From an uncultured Flavobacteriales bacterium (lineage in GTDB: Bacteria > Bacteroidota > Bacteroidia > Flavobacteriales_H > CAZUDW01), in contig CAZUDW010000006.1 in the NCBI GenBank assembly GCA_964619305.1, positions 1 to 48,824 of the forward strand: 48,824 bases of DNA. Direction: 5' to 3'. The position numbers and the translations under genes were made by a program. Below, piece by piece: positions 28,756 through 37,136 of the stretch; position 1 is the first letter of the stretch; every line of letters starts with the position of its first letter. The notes beneath the pieces are model-generated. The model saw nothing but the letters and a program-made list of their open reading frames with translations, made no database searches and had not been told where the DNA came from.

Positions 28756-28891
28756 CAAAAACCCCAATATGAGGATAAATTCCCTGATGCAGATTATATT
28801 TAGGCGGGTTCTAAAATTTATTTTTATCTATTTTGTTTAGTTATTCGTATATGATCAGTTAGAATAGCTCGAAACATTGCTTCATCCATTA

Positions 28892-29575
28892 TCAATACCT
28901 GCTTCTCGTGGCCACTTTATATAAAAAAACCTCCCCTACCTCGTTACCGCTAACAAATATCTCTCCTTCAGGACTGAAATAAACGGGGAATCGGTGCAGC
29001 CTGTCTTTTGTGTCCGGAAAAGTGAGTTCCTGTTCTATGGAGCGGTTCGCAAGATTTTCAAAAACAACAGAAGACTTTTTGGATGATCTTGCCACTATGT
29101 CTTTATCGTTCGGATGTTGAGATTCAAGCATCACATAATACCTGTTAAAAGCGGTGTTGCTGATCTTTAATCCAAGCGTGTTTTTCACAAAATCGGGATC
29201 AGGAAGCCAGGTACTGTGGTTCTTTAGGTATTTGTCTTCTTTGCCATTGCTCACATTCCACACCTTGCGTTTTCCTTTATAATCAATCGTGCACACAAAT
29301 TCCCCATCGGGATTAAAAGAGACATAACTGATGCTTTTTACCCCACCGGGTGTTTCGTGTTTTAATACCTGCAAACGCTTGCCTTTGTCTATATCCCATA
29401 ATTCCGCATATTCCGCCATGCCGATAGCCATCACATTTCCCTTGGGTGAAATGGCAACAGACATCACAGCACTTTTTGCACATTTGAGTGTCATATATGG
29501 CTTTGGCTCAACAACCTGTGCATCAATAACAAATGTTACAAAACTTAAAATAATGAATAGGAGACCCGTTTTCAT
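28892..29575 (-). CDS. Secreted partial beta-propeller (WD40/TolB-like) protein
   Basis: Signal peptide (LLFIILSFVTFVIDAQ) and three to four blade-like units (AISPKGNVMAIG, FNPDGEFVCT, FSPEGEIFVSG). Confidence 0.6.
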   Translation of the reverse strand: MKTGLLFIILSFVTFVIDAQVVEPKPYMTLKCAKSAVMSVAISPKGNVMAIGMAEYAELWDIDKGKRLQVLKHETPGGVKSISYVSFNPDGEFVCTIDYKGKRKVWNVSNGKEDKYLKNHSTWLPDPDFVKNTLGLKISNTAFNRYYVMLESQHPNDKDIVARSSKKSSVVFENLANRSIEQELTFPDTKDRLHRFPVYFSPEGEIFVSGNEVGEVFLYKVATRSRY

Positions 29576-29587
29576 AAAAAAATTTGG

Positions 29588-30934
29588 TTGGCTAAACTAC
29601 AAAAATTCTATTTTATTGTCTGTTCAGCGAGGTGTTTCTGCGTATATAGTTATTTACATTTGCACATTATCAGGCAGCATTTCTTCATACTGATCGCCCT
29701 CATCTATATCGGTGTTTTTATTACCGATCTGCTTGCATATAAGGGATTTCGCCTGCTCATTAAGCGGAAAATCAGAGGAAGCAAAAGAAAAATATGGCTT
29801 CTTTCCTACTGGGTATTCACCGGAATTGTCTATGTGGCGATCTTTATTGAACTGACAATAGAAAAAGGATATAGCAGTCCTTCATTCTACCCCTTGTTTT
29901 TCTATACAATCGCCTTGGTTTTTACGCTTACAATTACAAAGATCTGCTTCATAGTTTTCAACCTGGCCGATGACATAATACATCTGGCTGGAAAAATATT
30001 TACAACAAAAAAAAGAAAAGAGCGAAAAGACAATCCCAACGCAATCAGCAGGTCTGCCTTCCTCACTAAAACCGGCACTATCGTTTCGGGGATTCCATTT
30101 ATTGCTTTCACTTACGGAGTGCTGAAAGGACGCTTTGATTTCAGAGTTTGCAAAGAGGACATTTATTTTAAAAGACTGCCGCAACAATTTAACGGGCTGC
30201 GCATAGTTCAGATATCTGATATCCATATCGGGAGTTTCTTCAATAACACTGAAGATATAAACCGGGCCATTGACATGGCAAATGATCTCAATGCTGATCT
30301 TCTCTTTTTCACCGGAGACATGGTAAACAACCTGGCGGAAGAGGTTTTGGGATGGGAAGAAATCATTGGTCGATTACATGCAAAAATCGGGAAATATGCC
30401 GTATTAGGCAATCACGATTATGGAGATTATTCGGAATGGAAATCCCCTAAGGACAAACAAAACAATCTCGAAGCCTTGAAAAAAGCAATTGAGAAGATGG
30501 GATTTCGTTTATTGCTTAACGAATGGGTCGGAGTGGAAAAAGATGGCGTTTCTTTGTCAATAATCGGGGTGGAGAATTGGGGAAAAGGAAGATTCTCCAA
30601 ACATGGTGACCTTGTGAAAGCAACAAAATCAGTGCCTCCCGGCTCTTTCAAAATACTGTTGTCTCATGATCCGTCACAATGGGATGCAAAGGTATTGGTA
30701 AAAACAGACATTGATCTTACATTCTCAGGCCATACCCACGGTTTTCAATTTGGAATAGAAACTCCATTTTTAAAATGGAGCCCTGCACAATATACATATC
30801 CCCGTTGGGCAGGTCTTTACCGGGAAGGCTTACAATATTTATATGTCAACAGGGGTTTGGGGTACATAGGTTTTCCGGGCAGGGTTGGGATGCCACCTGA
30901 AATAACTTGCATAAATCTCCTGTGCGAAACTTAA
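29588..30934 (+). CDS. Membrane-anchored metallophosphoesterase (calcineurin-like, YkuE/CpdA-like)
   Basis: N-terminal TM helices followed by the full MPE motif set (QISDIHIG, FTGDMVNN, LGNHDY, LSHDP, SGHTHGFQ). The start is uncertain. Only TTG codons are available (29588 or 29660), with no in-frame ATG before the catalytic domain. Confidence 0.82.
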   Translation: MAKLQKFYFIVCSARCFCVYSYLHLHIIRQHFFILIALIYIGVFITDLLAYKGFRLLIKRKIRGSKRKIWLLSYWVFTGIVYVAIFIELTIEKGYSSPSFYPLFFYTIALVFTLTITKICFIVFNLADDIIHLAGKIFTTKKRKERKDNPNAISRSAFLTKTGTIVSGIPFIAFTYGVLKGRFDFRVCKEDIYFKRLPQQFNGLRIVQISDIHIGSFFNNTEDINRAIDMANDLNADLLFFTGDMVNNLAEEVLGWEEIIGRLHAKIGKYAVLGNHDYGDYSEWKSPKDKQNNLEALKKAIEKMGFRLLLNEWVGVEKDGVSLSIIGVENWGKGRFSKHGDLVKATKSVPPGSFKILLSHDPSQWDAKVLVKTDIDLTFSGHTHGFQFGIETPFLKWSPAQYTYPRWAGLYREGLQYLYVNRGLGYIGFPGRVGMPPEITCINLLCET

Positions 30935-30975
30935 AAAAACATTACACCTTATGTAACACCTATTATAATAATTCG

Positions 30976-30983
30976 TATATTTG
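30976..30983 (+). promoter_or_regulatory. Bacteroidota -7 box (TAnnTTTG) upstream of rpoD
   Basis: TATATTTG lies 94 nt upstream of the ATG at 31077. Confidence 0.4.
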
Positions 30984-31076
30984 CATCCCGTTAATTGTAA
31001 AATTATATATGATATTTCTCATTATCAATAAGTTAGACAATTTTAATACAATCTCTTTTTAATCAAAACTTAAACT

Positions 31077-31940
31077 ATGCGACAACTAAAAATCACAAGA
31101 CAACTCACCAACCGCAGTACCAAAGCCATTGAAAAATATCTTAGCGATGTTTCAAGGGAACAAATGATAACCGCTGAAGAAGAAGTAAACCTTGCAGTGC
31201 GTATCAAAAAAGGAGATAATTTTGCGTTGAATAAACTGGTGAATGCAAACCTGCGTTTTGTGATCAGTGTGGCGAAACAATACCAGGGTCACGGCCTTAC
31301 ACTTGAAGATCTGATTGCAGAAGGGAATATAGGCCTTATCACTGCGGCAAAAAGGTTTGATGAAACAAAAGGTTTTAAATTTATCAGTTATGCTGTATGG
31401 TGGATCAGGCAAAGTATTATACAGGCAATTGCTGAAAATTCAAGAGTTGTTCGTTTGCCTCTTAATAAGGTAAGTGCTATTCAAAAAGTAGCTAAAGCAT
31501 ATTCTAAACTGGAACAAAAATTCGAACGTGCTCCAACCGATGATGAGATCAGTGAACTGATGGAAACCAATGGTGACACCATCACCGACCTCAATCGCCA
31601 TTCTCAGAGACAGATTTCCATTGATGCTCCACTTGGTGATAGCGAAGATGATCATAACCTTCTTAATTTATTGGAAAACGAGAATACCCAAACTCCATCA
31701 CATGGTTTGATGAGAGAATCTCTGCGACAGGATATCGACAGGTTGCTGGAATGCTTGTGCAGGCGTGATGCTGAGGTTATTCGCCTTTCCTTCGGTCTCA
31801 ATGGACAACCACCGATGACGCTGGATGAAATTGCTGGACAAATGGATCTGACTCGTGAACGCATAAGACAGATCAGGGAAAAAGCATTGAAAATACTCAG
31901 ACATAACAGGTCCTCTGTTAACCTGAAACATTACATGTAA
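31077..31940 (+). CDS. rpoD: Primary RNA polymerase sigma factor (Bacteroidota sigma-A, RpoD)
   Basis: Regions 1.2 to 4.2 are present (YLSDVSREQMITAEEE, NLRFVISVAKQY, GNIGLITAAKRFD, YAVWWIRQSI, LTRERIRQIREKAL). The 287-aa size, lacking region 1.1, is typical of Bacteroidota sigma-A. Confidence 0.95.
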   Translation: MRQLKITRQLTNRSTKAIEKYLSDVSREQMITAEEEVNLAVRIKKGDNFALNKLVNANLRFVISVAKQYQGHGLTLEDLIAEGNIGLITAAKRFDETKGFKFISYAVWWIRQSIIQAIAENSRVVRLPLNKVSAIQKVAKAYSKLEQKFERAPTDDEISELMETNGDTITDLNRHSQRQISIDAPLGDSEDDHNLLNLLENENTQTPSHGLMRESLRQDIDRLLECLCRRDAEVIRLSFGLNGQPPMTLDEIAGQMDLTRERIRQIREKALKILRHNRSSVNLKHYM

Positions 31941-31962
31941 AAACATATGTAATCTTATAGAA

Positions 31963-31994
31963 AGAGCGGCTTTATTTTTACCGCTCTTTTTTTT
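31963..31994 (+). terminator. Rho-independent terminator of rpoD
   Basis: Stem agagcgg (31963-31969) pairs with ccgctct (31981-31987), followed by a T7 run. Confidence 0.8.
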
Positions 31995-32063
31995 GTCCTG
32001 TTAAATATTCATTTTCGATTTTTGTAGGATTTTTGATATAATTGTATCTTCTTCTACAATTTA

Positions 32064-32900
32064 ATGATGAAACTTACCAGCCTTATTTTAATTTGCCTTT
32101 TACCATTTTGCTCATTTTCAGGTAATGACAATTACCATATAGGAGGCAGATTTGCCGGGATGGGCAATACATCTGTATCCATATCAGGATTATGGTCTGT
32201 TCACTTTAACCAGGCCGGGTTAGCTTTTATTGACAACAGCATTGTAGGAATAAGTTATGAAAACCGGTTTTTAATGCAGGGATTGGGCGTGAAAGGCCTT
32301 GCTGCTGCCATCCCTATAGGTGCAGGAGCATTTGGGTTGGAAATTAATTCTTTCGGTTATACGAAGTACAGTGAAAATAAATATGGGTTGGCTTATAGCC
32401 GAAAATTGAGCGATAATTTTTCTGCAGGAATACAGATGGATTATATTCAAACACATATTGCAGAAAACTATGGAAGCAAAGGAATTTTTGTAATGGAAGC
32501 CGGCATTCAGGCACACCTCACCGACAAGCTGAACATTGGCTCACATATTTACAACCCCACAAGAACAAAACTGGCAACTTTCGTTGTGGATTCCATACAC
32601 AATTATTCCGAATTTGCCCCAACTATCATGGCGCTTGGGTTGGATTATACGTTTTCAAAAAAACTGCTTGTTGCACTGGATGTTGAAAAGGATATTGATC
32701 AAAAAGCTTCTTATAAAGTTGGACTAGAATACCATATTTCTGAACCGATTTACCTGCGTCTCGGCATTTCCTCAAATCCGTTTCTGAATGCTTTTGGATT
32801 TGGTGTTGAATTTGGGCAGCTGAATGTTGATTTCGCCACAACCTATCACAGCATATTGGGCTATTCTCCAACACTGTCTGTCCAATATACATTCAAATGA
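32064..32900 (+). CDS. PorV/PorQ-family outer-membrane beta-barrel protein
   Basis: Signal peptide, then the family N-terminal signature GGRFAGMGNTSVSISGLWSVHFNQAGLAF. Alternating beta-strand pattern and C-terminal ..LSVQYTFK. The stop overlaps the next gene's start (ATGA at 32897-32900). Confidence 0.7.
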   Translation: MMKLTSLILICLLPFCSFSGNDNYHIGGRFAGMGNTSVSISGLWSVHFNQAGLAFIDNSIVGISYENRFLMQGLGVKGLAAAIPIGAGAFGLEINSFGYTKYSENKYGLAYSRKLSDNFSAGIQMDYIQTHIAENYGSKGIFVMEAGIQAHLTDKLNIGSHIYNPTRTKLATFVVDSIHNYSEFAPTIMALGLDYTFSKKLLVALDVEKDIDQKASYKVGLEYHISEPIYLRLGISSNPFLNAFGFGVEFGQLNVDFATTYHSILGYSPTLSVQYTFK

Positions 32901-34993
32901 GGCTGCTTCGCCTGATAAGCATCGTGTTGATCTATGAGGGAATGACGCTTTCCCTATTCTCTCAACAGGAAACTGATAAAGATAAAAATGAGATCATAGA
33001 AAAAAGGATAGAATTGTTAGCTGAGCAAACAGAATCTGAGGAGCTGGATTATACCACTTTATTAGATGAATTATCTTATTATTTTGATCACCCGATCAAT
33101 CTCAACAATGCCAACAAAGAAGAACTTCGCGGGCTTTACCTTCTGAATGAAATACAGATAAAATCCCTATTGGATCATTTGAAAAAAAATGGCAAACTGA
33201 TCACGATTTATGAACTCCAGTCCGTTGCGAACTTTGATGTTGAGACCATTCAACAGATCATGCCTTTTGTGGAGGTAGGAAGCCCTGAAGAAAAACCTCA
33301 TATCTCCTTGAGAGAAATGTGGAATAATGGATCCAATGAGGTCTTTTTCAGATATATCAGGATGCTTGAAACAATGGAAGGATATACCCCTGTCGAAGAC
33401 TCCCTTCTTGTGGCAAATCCAAATAAAAGGTATTTGGGAAGTCCGGATCGTCTTTATCTGCGTTATCGCTATAGGTTCGATACTCATGTTAGCTGGGGGT
33501 TCACTGCAGAAAAAGATGCTGGAGAAGAGTTTTTTAATGACACACAAAAAAACGGTTTTGATTATTATTCGGCACATTTATACCTAAGCAAAATAGGCCA
33601 TCTTAAACAGCTTGCAATAGGAGACTATCAACTGCAAATCGGACAAGGTCTCACGTTTTGGTCAGGATTAGCATTCGGAAAATCATCTGATGTTATGTCA
33701 ATTAAAAAAAACCCTGCAATGATCAAACCTTATACATCTGTGGATGAAAACCGTTTTATGCGAGGTGTGGCTTCAACCATAAAAACAGGAGATTTTTTAT
33801 GGACAGCTTTTGTTTCATCAAAGAATATAGATGCTAATATAAATACCGATTCTTCTTTAACTGCCTCTGACTTCTCTTTCACATCTTTTCAGACTTCAGG
33901 TTACCATAGGACACCTGCTGAACTGGCAGATAAACATGCAATAGGTGAATTGATCTACGGTGGACGTATCGGCTGGGAAAAAGGCAGCCTTAATATCGGT
34001 GCAACTGCAATTCAATCCAATTTAGATGCCACATTTCAAAAAAATATTCAATTATACAATCAGTTTGAATTTAATAGCAATCATCTTTTAACAACTGGCA
34101 TTGATTACAGTTATGTACTTCATAATATCAACTTATATGGTGAAGCATCCCGCAGTGATAATGGGGGTATGGCATTTGTTAACGGTGCTTTAATCGCCCT
34201 GGATCCCGATTTTTCCATTGCACTCCTGCACAGAAGTTATGATCGGGACTTTCAATCCTTGAATAGCAATGGATTTGCAGAATCAAGCAAAACTATTAAT
34301 GAACAGGGTCTTTATATAGGAGCAGAAGCTTCACCATTCAATCATATTACTCTTAAATCATATATTGATAAATTCAAATTTCCCTGGCTGAAGTACCAGG
34401 TCAACGCTCCTTCTGACGGTTTGGATTACATCATCCAGGTAAGCTGGAAACCAATGCGGAAACTACAGGCATATGCCCGTTTCAGGCAAGAGATTAAAAC
34501 ACGCAACAGCAGCATTGATTCATTGGCAATTGAATTTCCAGAGATTACAAACCTTAAATCTTTGCGATTAAATCTTAATTGTAAATTGAACGATGATTAC
34601 AGGATCAAAAGCAGAGTTGAAGTTAAAGAATACACCAAAGGTTCTGACGAACCTGAATACGGATTCCTTATCTTTCAGGATATCTTTTATAAACCTATTG
34701 ACAAGCCTTGGTCATTTGCCTTTCGTTATGCCCTTTTCCAAACAGATACTTATGATACAAGAATTTATGCCTATGAAAACGACATACCTTATTATTATTC
34801 AATACCGTCATATTATTTCCGCGGGTTCAGAACTTACCTGATACTTAATTATACTATATTAAGAAATGTTGATGTCTGGATTAGAGCAGCCAGAACGATC
34901 TATTCAAACCAGGAAAGTATTGGCTCAGGATTAAATCAGATTGCAGCTAACCATAAAACGGAAGTCAAATTACAACTTAGATTGCGATTTTAA
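32897..34993 (+). CDS. Large outer-membrane beta-barrel protein with N-terminal degenerate ComEA-type helix-hairpin-helix domain
   Basis: Signal-like N-terminus. Residues ~66-128 (INLNNANKEELRGLYLLNEIQIKSLLDHLKKNGKLITIYELQSVANFDVETIQQIMPFVEV) align with the ComEA tandem HhH layout, but both G-I-G hairpins are replaced (YLLN, ANFD). The remaining ~560 aa show a beta-strand-rich aromatic pattern ending ..KLQLRLRF (C-terminal Phe, typical of OMPs). Confidence 0.7.
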   Translation: MRLLRLISIVLIYEGMTLSLFSQQETDKDKNEIIEKRIELLAEQTESEELDYTTLLDELSYYFDHPINLNNANKEELRGLYLLNEIQIKSLLDHLKKNGKLITIYELQSVANFDVETIQQIMPFVEVGSPEEKPHISLREMWNNGSNEVFFRYIRMLETMEGYTPVEDSLLVANPNKRYLGSPDRLYLRYRYRFDTHVSWGFTAEKDAGEEFFNDTQKNGFDYYSAHLYLSKIGHLKQLAIGDYQLQIGQGLTFWSGLAFGKSSDVMSIKKNPAMIKPYTSVDENRFMRGVASTIKTGDFLWTAFVSSKNIDANINTDSSLTASDFSFTSFQTSGYHRTPAELADKHAIGELIYGGRIGWEKGSLNIGATAIQSNLDATFQKNIQLYNQFEFNSNHLLTTGIDYSYVLHNINLYGEASRSDNGGMAFVNGALIALDPDFSIALLHRSYDRDFQSLNSNGFAESSKTINEQGLYIGAEASPFNHITLKSYIDKFKFPWLKYQVNAPSDGLDYIIQVSWKPMRKLQAYARFRQEIKTRNSSIDSLAIEFPEITNLKSLRLNLNCKLNDDYRIKSRVEVKEYTKGSDEPEYGFLIFQDIFYKPIDKPWSFAFRYALFQTDTYDTRIYAYENDIPYYYSIPSYYFRGFRTYLILNYTILRNVDVWIRAARTIYSNQESIGSGLNQIAANHKTEVKLQLRLRF

Positions 34994-35077
34994 AAGTAAC
35001 TGTGCTACAGCATTTTCGTTAAAACCAATCTTATATAACACATTGAGTAGAATTTGTATATTTCACAGGACAAATTC

Positions 35078-35668
35078 ATGAAACATTATTCATCAGGCAG
35101 TTTAAGTTTTGTTATCATTCTGTTGTTTTTGTTGATGGAACGGAGTGACGTGAAAGCACAATGGGCGCCTGTAACCCAAAATCCCTTTGGAATTGGCAGG
35201 CGATATGTTCCATTTACAAAAAAACCCGATATGTTCCAGATGGCAAGAGTGGGTTTTGGTATTCCTTACGGTTGCTTTGGTGTGAGTGGTGAAGTTGGTG
35301 TTACCTATTTCTCACTAACAGGCGGTGTCGGGTATTTTGTCTTAAGCAGAGGGGGAACTGCTCCAGGCTGGTCGTTGGGAACACGTATATATTTTATGAA
35401 GGACAAACACAAAAGAAGAAGGCCGCGTAAAGTCAGGATAAGAGCAGGTTTATACTACAGTGTTCACGGTGTGTATATAGAAGATGATACCAGGCACATT
35501 GCAACAGGATTTAGTTGGTCTGTTGGAATACAGCAAAGAGTAAAAGATAATTTTTTTTATGATATGGACCTGAATATAATAATGAGACAGTCTAATTCTT
35601 TCAGGCCAACAAACAGAAACCTTGAAATACCTGCTTTCCCTTCTATAGGGGTCGGTATAGCTTTTTAA
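35078..35668 (+). CDS. Small outer-membrane beta-barrel-like protein with a poly-basic loop
   Basis: ATG at 35078 gives a signal peptide ending VKAQ. Gly/aromatic-rich strands and C-terminal ..GVGIAF. Contains an internal KDKHKRRRPRKVRIR insert. Confidence 0.55.
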   Translation: MKHYSSGSLSFVIILLFLLMERSDVKAQWAPVTQNPFGIGRRYVPFTKKPDMFQMARVGFGIPYGCFGVSGEVGVTYFSLTGGVGYFVLSRGGTAPGWSLGTRIYFMKDKHKRRRPRKVRIRAGLYYSVHGVYIEDDTRHIATGFSWSVGIQQRVKDNFFYDMDLNIIMRQSNSFRPTNRNLEIPAFPSIGVGIAF

Positions 35669-35678
35669 ATATTTAAAG

Positions 35679-36665
35679 ATGATGAAAAAGATAATATTTC
35701 TTCTCTTTCTGCTTGATCAATTTTATTGCCCTGCACAAGAAGATAAACAAAGCAGGGTATTTAAAGATTACATAATAACACCCAACACCACCGTAAGACT
35801 GGTAACCCAGGAGAGAGGCATTGAATTGTTATCGGCTTCGGATATTTACACCGGTGAATTGAGTGAGTTTGATGTGCAGGTCAGGTTACAAAACGCAAAA
35901 GCAAAAACAGAAGCAGATTATCTCAAATATGCAGGGAAACAGGTCAGACCATGGACTAAAGAAGATACTAGCTTGTTCAGAGATATCATTGATTTCACGA
36001 ACATACAAATTAAAAAACTTAACCTTTCCTTCACCCTTCCTCCGTTGATAGAAGTGATTAAAACAACCTGTAAAGAAGAAGGTGATGCAGGCGGTTACAC
36101 TCGAAACAATATCATTGTTATGAACCAAAAATCTGTCAATGACTTCACATTTATTCATGAATTATGCCACATCCTGCTGAGAAATGATCGTGCACTCAGA
36201 GACACATTATATGCTACGATGGGCTTTAAAAAATGCAACAAAATCCACTACCCCCCAATGATCTATGAACAGAAACTCACAAATCCGGATGCTCCATTTA
36301 TGGAACATTATCTGACTGTGAGCTACCAGTTTAAGCGTACTGACGTTGCCCTTTTTATCTATTCAGACCAGCCATATTCATCCGGAACTTTATTTGATTA
36401 TTTACAAATCGGTTTGTTGATGCTGAAAGGCGGTCCTGAAAACAAAGAAGCCATTTATGATGATCTTAACAAACCCCGCATTCTCAATTATGAGGATGTG
36501 CAGAATCTATTTGAACAAATCGGTAATAATACAGGATATAATGTCCACCCTGAAGAACTGACTGCTTCACATTTCACTATTATGATGTTTGAGAAAACCG
36601 CAAATCTTGACAAGCCCGAACTGATCACCAAAATGCACGATATCCTTTCTGCCTGGAAAAAATAA
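35679..36665 (+). CDS. Secreted hypothetical protein with HExxH motif (putative zinc metallopeptidase-like)
   Basis: Signal peptide (MMKKIIFLLFLLDQFYCPAQ) and a single HELCH motif (FIHELCHILL). No other recognisable family signature. Confidence 0.55.
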   Translation: MMKKIIFLLFLLDQFYCPAQEDKQSRVFKDYIITPNTTVRLVTQERGIELLSASDIYTGELSEFDVQVRLQNAKAKTEADYLKYAGKQVRPWTKEDTSLFRDIIDFTNIQIKKLNLSFTLPPLIEVIKTTCKEEGDAGGYTRNNIIVMNQKSVNDFTFIHELCHILLRNDRALRDTLYATMGFKKCNKIHYPPMIYEQKLTNPDAPFMEHYLTVSYQFKRTDVALFIYSDQPYSSGTLFDYLQIGLLMLKGGPENKEAIYDDLNKPRILNYEDVQNLFEQIGNNTGYNVHPEELTASHFTIMMFEKTANLDKPELITKMHDILSAWKK

Positions 36666-36682
36666 GGTTACATATTTGAAAA

Positions 36683-37050
36683 TTAACTGCTGAGTAGTAA
36701 CGTTCCGTCTAATATTTGATACTCTACTTGATTGTCGCCTAATCCATAATAGCGTTGCAATATCGGTATTTTAAATAGCAGAACTACATCATAAGGTTTT
36801 GCTCCTGCATTATTCTTTTTGTTGGTGCTTAGCAAATTACTCTCCAATAATTCTCGGAACATCTCAAAATCAATCACTTTACTAATAGATTCTAATGGAT
36901 TACCCATTGATAACAAACGTTCTTTGGTAATTTCTTCGTCAAATAATCCCTTTTTTTCTTGTCTTTTCTTCTTTTTTTATCGCTTTGATTTATACTTTAA
37001 AGTTAATCATAATTAACTGTTTTACAAAGGATTAATTTTTAGAAGTTTCC
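36683..37050 (-). mobile_element. IS5-family insertion sequence relic B (left end, 5' leader, N-terminal ~95 codons of the transposase, truncated)
   Basis: 36972-37046 is the exact reverse complement of 24976-25050. The minus-strand frame reads KKKKRQEKKGLFDEEITKERLLSMGNPLESISKVIDFEMFRELLE..AGAKPYDVVLLFKIPILQRYYGLGDNQVEYQILD, which matches the DUF772-type N-terminus of IS5-family transposases. The ATG is lost and the ORF ends at 36683, with no DDE domain. Confidence 0.7.
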
Positions 37051-37090
37051 ATATACTATTCCCTTAATACAACGGTCATTGATGAAATGA

Positions 37091-37098
37091 TAAATTTG
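37091..37098 (+). promoter_or_regulatory. Bacteroidota -7 box (TAnnTTTG) upstream of the SdpI-like gene
   Basis: TAAATTTG lies 39 nt upstream of the ATG at 37137. Confidence 0.4.
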
Positions 37099-37136
37099 CT
37101 GATGAAATTCAAATAAATCCAACAATCAAAACAAAG

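Noticed and set aside
29655-29662. TACATTTG as the promoter of the metallophosphoesterase gene.
   Set aside because: It overlaps the only internal TTG start candidate, and no start codon follows in frame. It is kept as an open question in the findings rather than annotated as a promoter.
24972-37050. Calling the IS-bracketed 11.4 kb an active composite transposon or genomic island.
   Set aside because: Both IS copies are truncated pseudogenes without DDE domains. I found no right ends or target-site duplications. The cargo includes the housekeeping sigma factor rpoD. Only the inverted-repeat geometry is reported.
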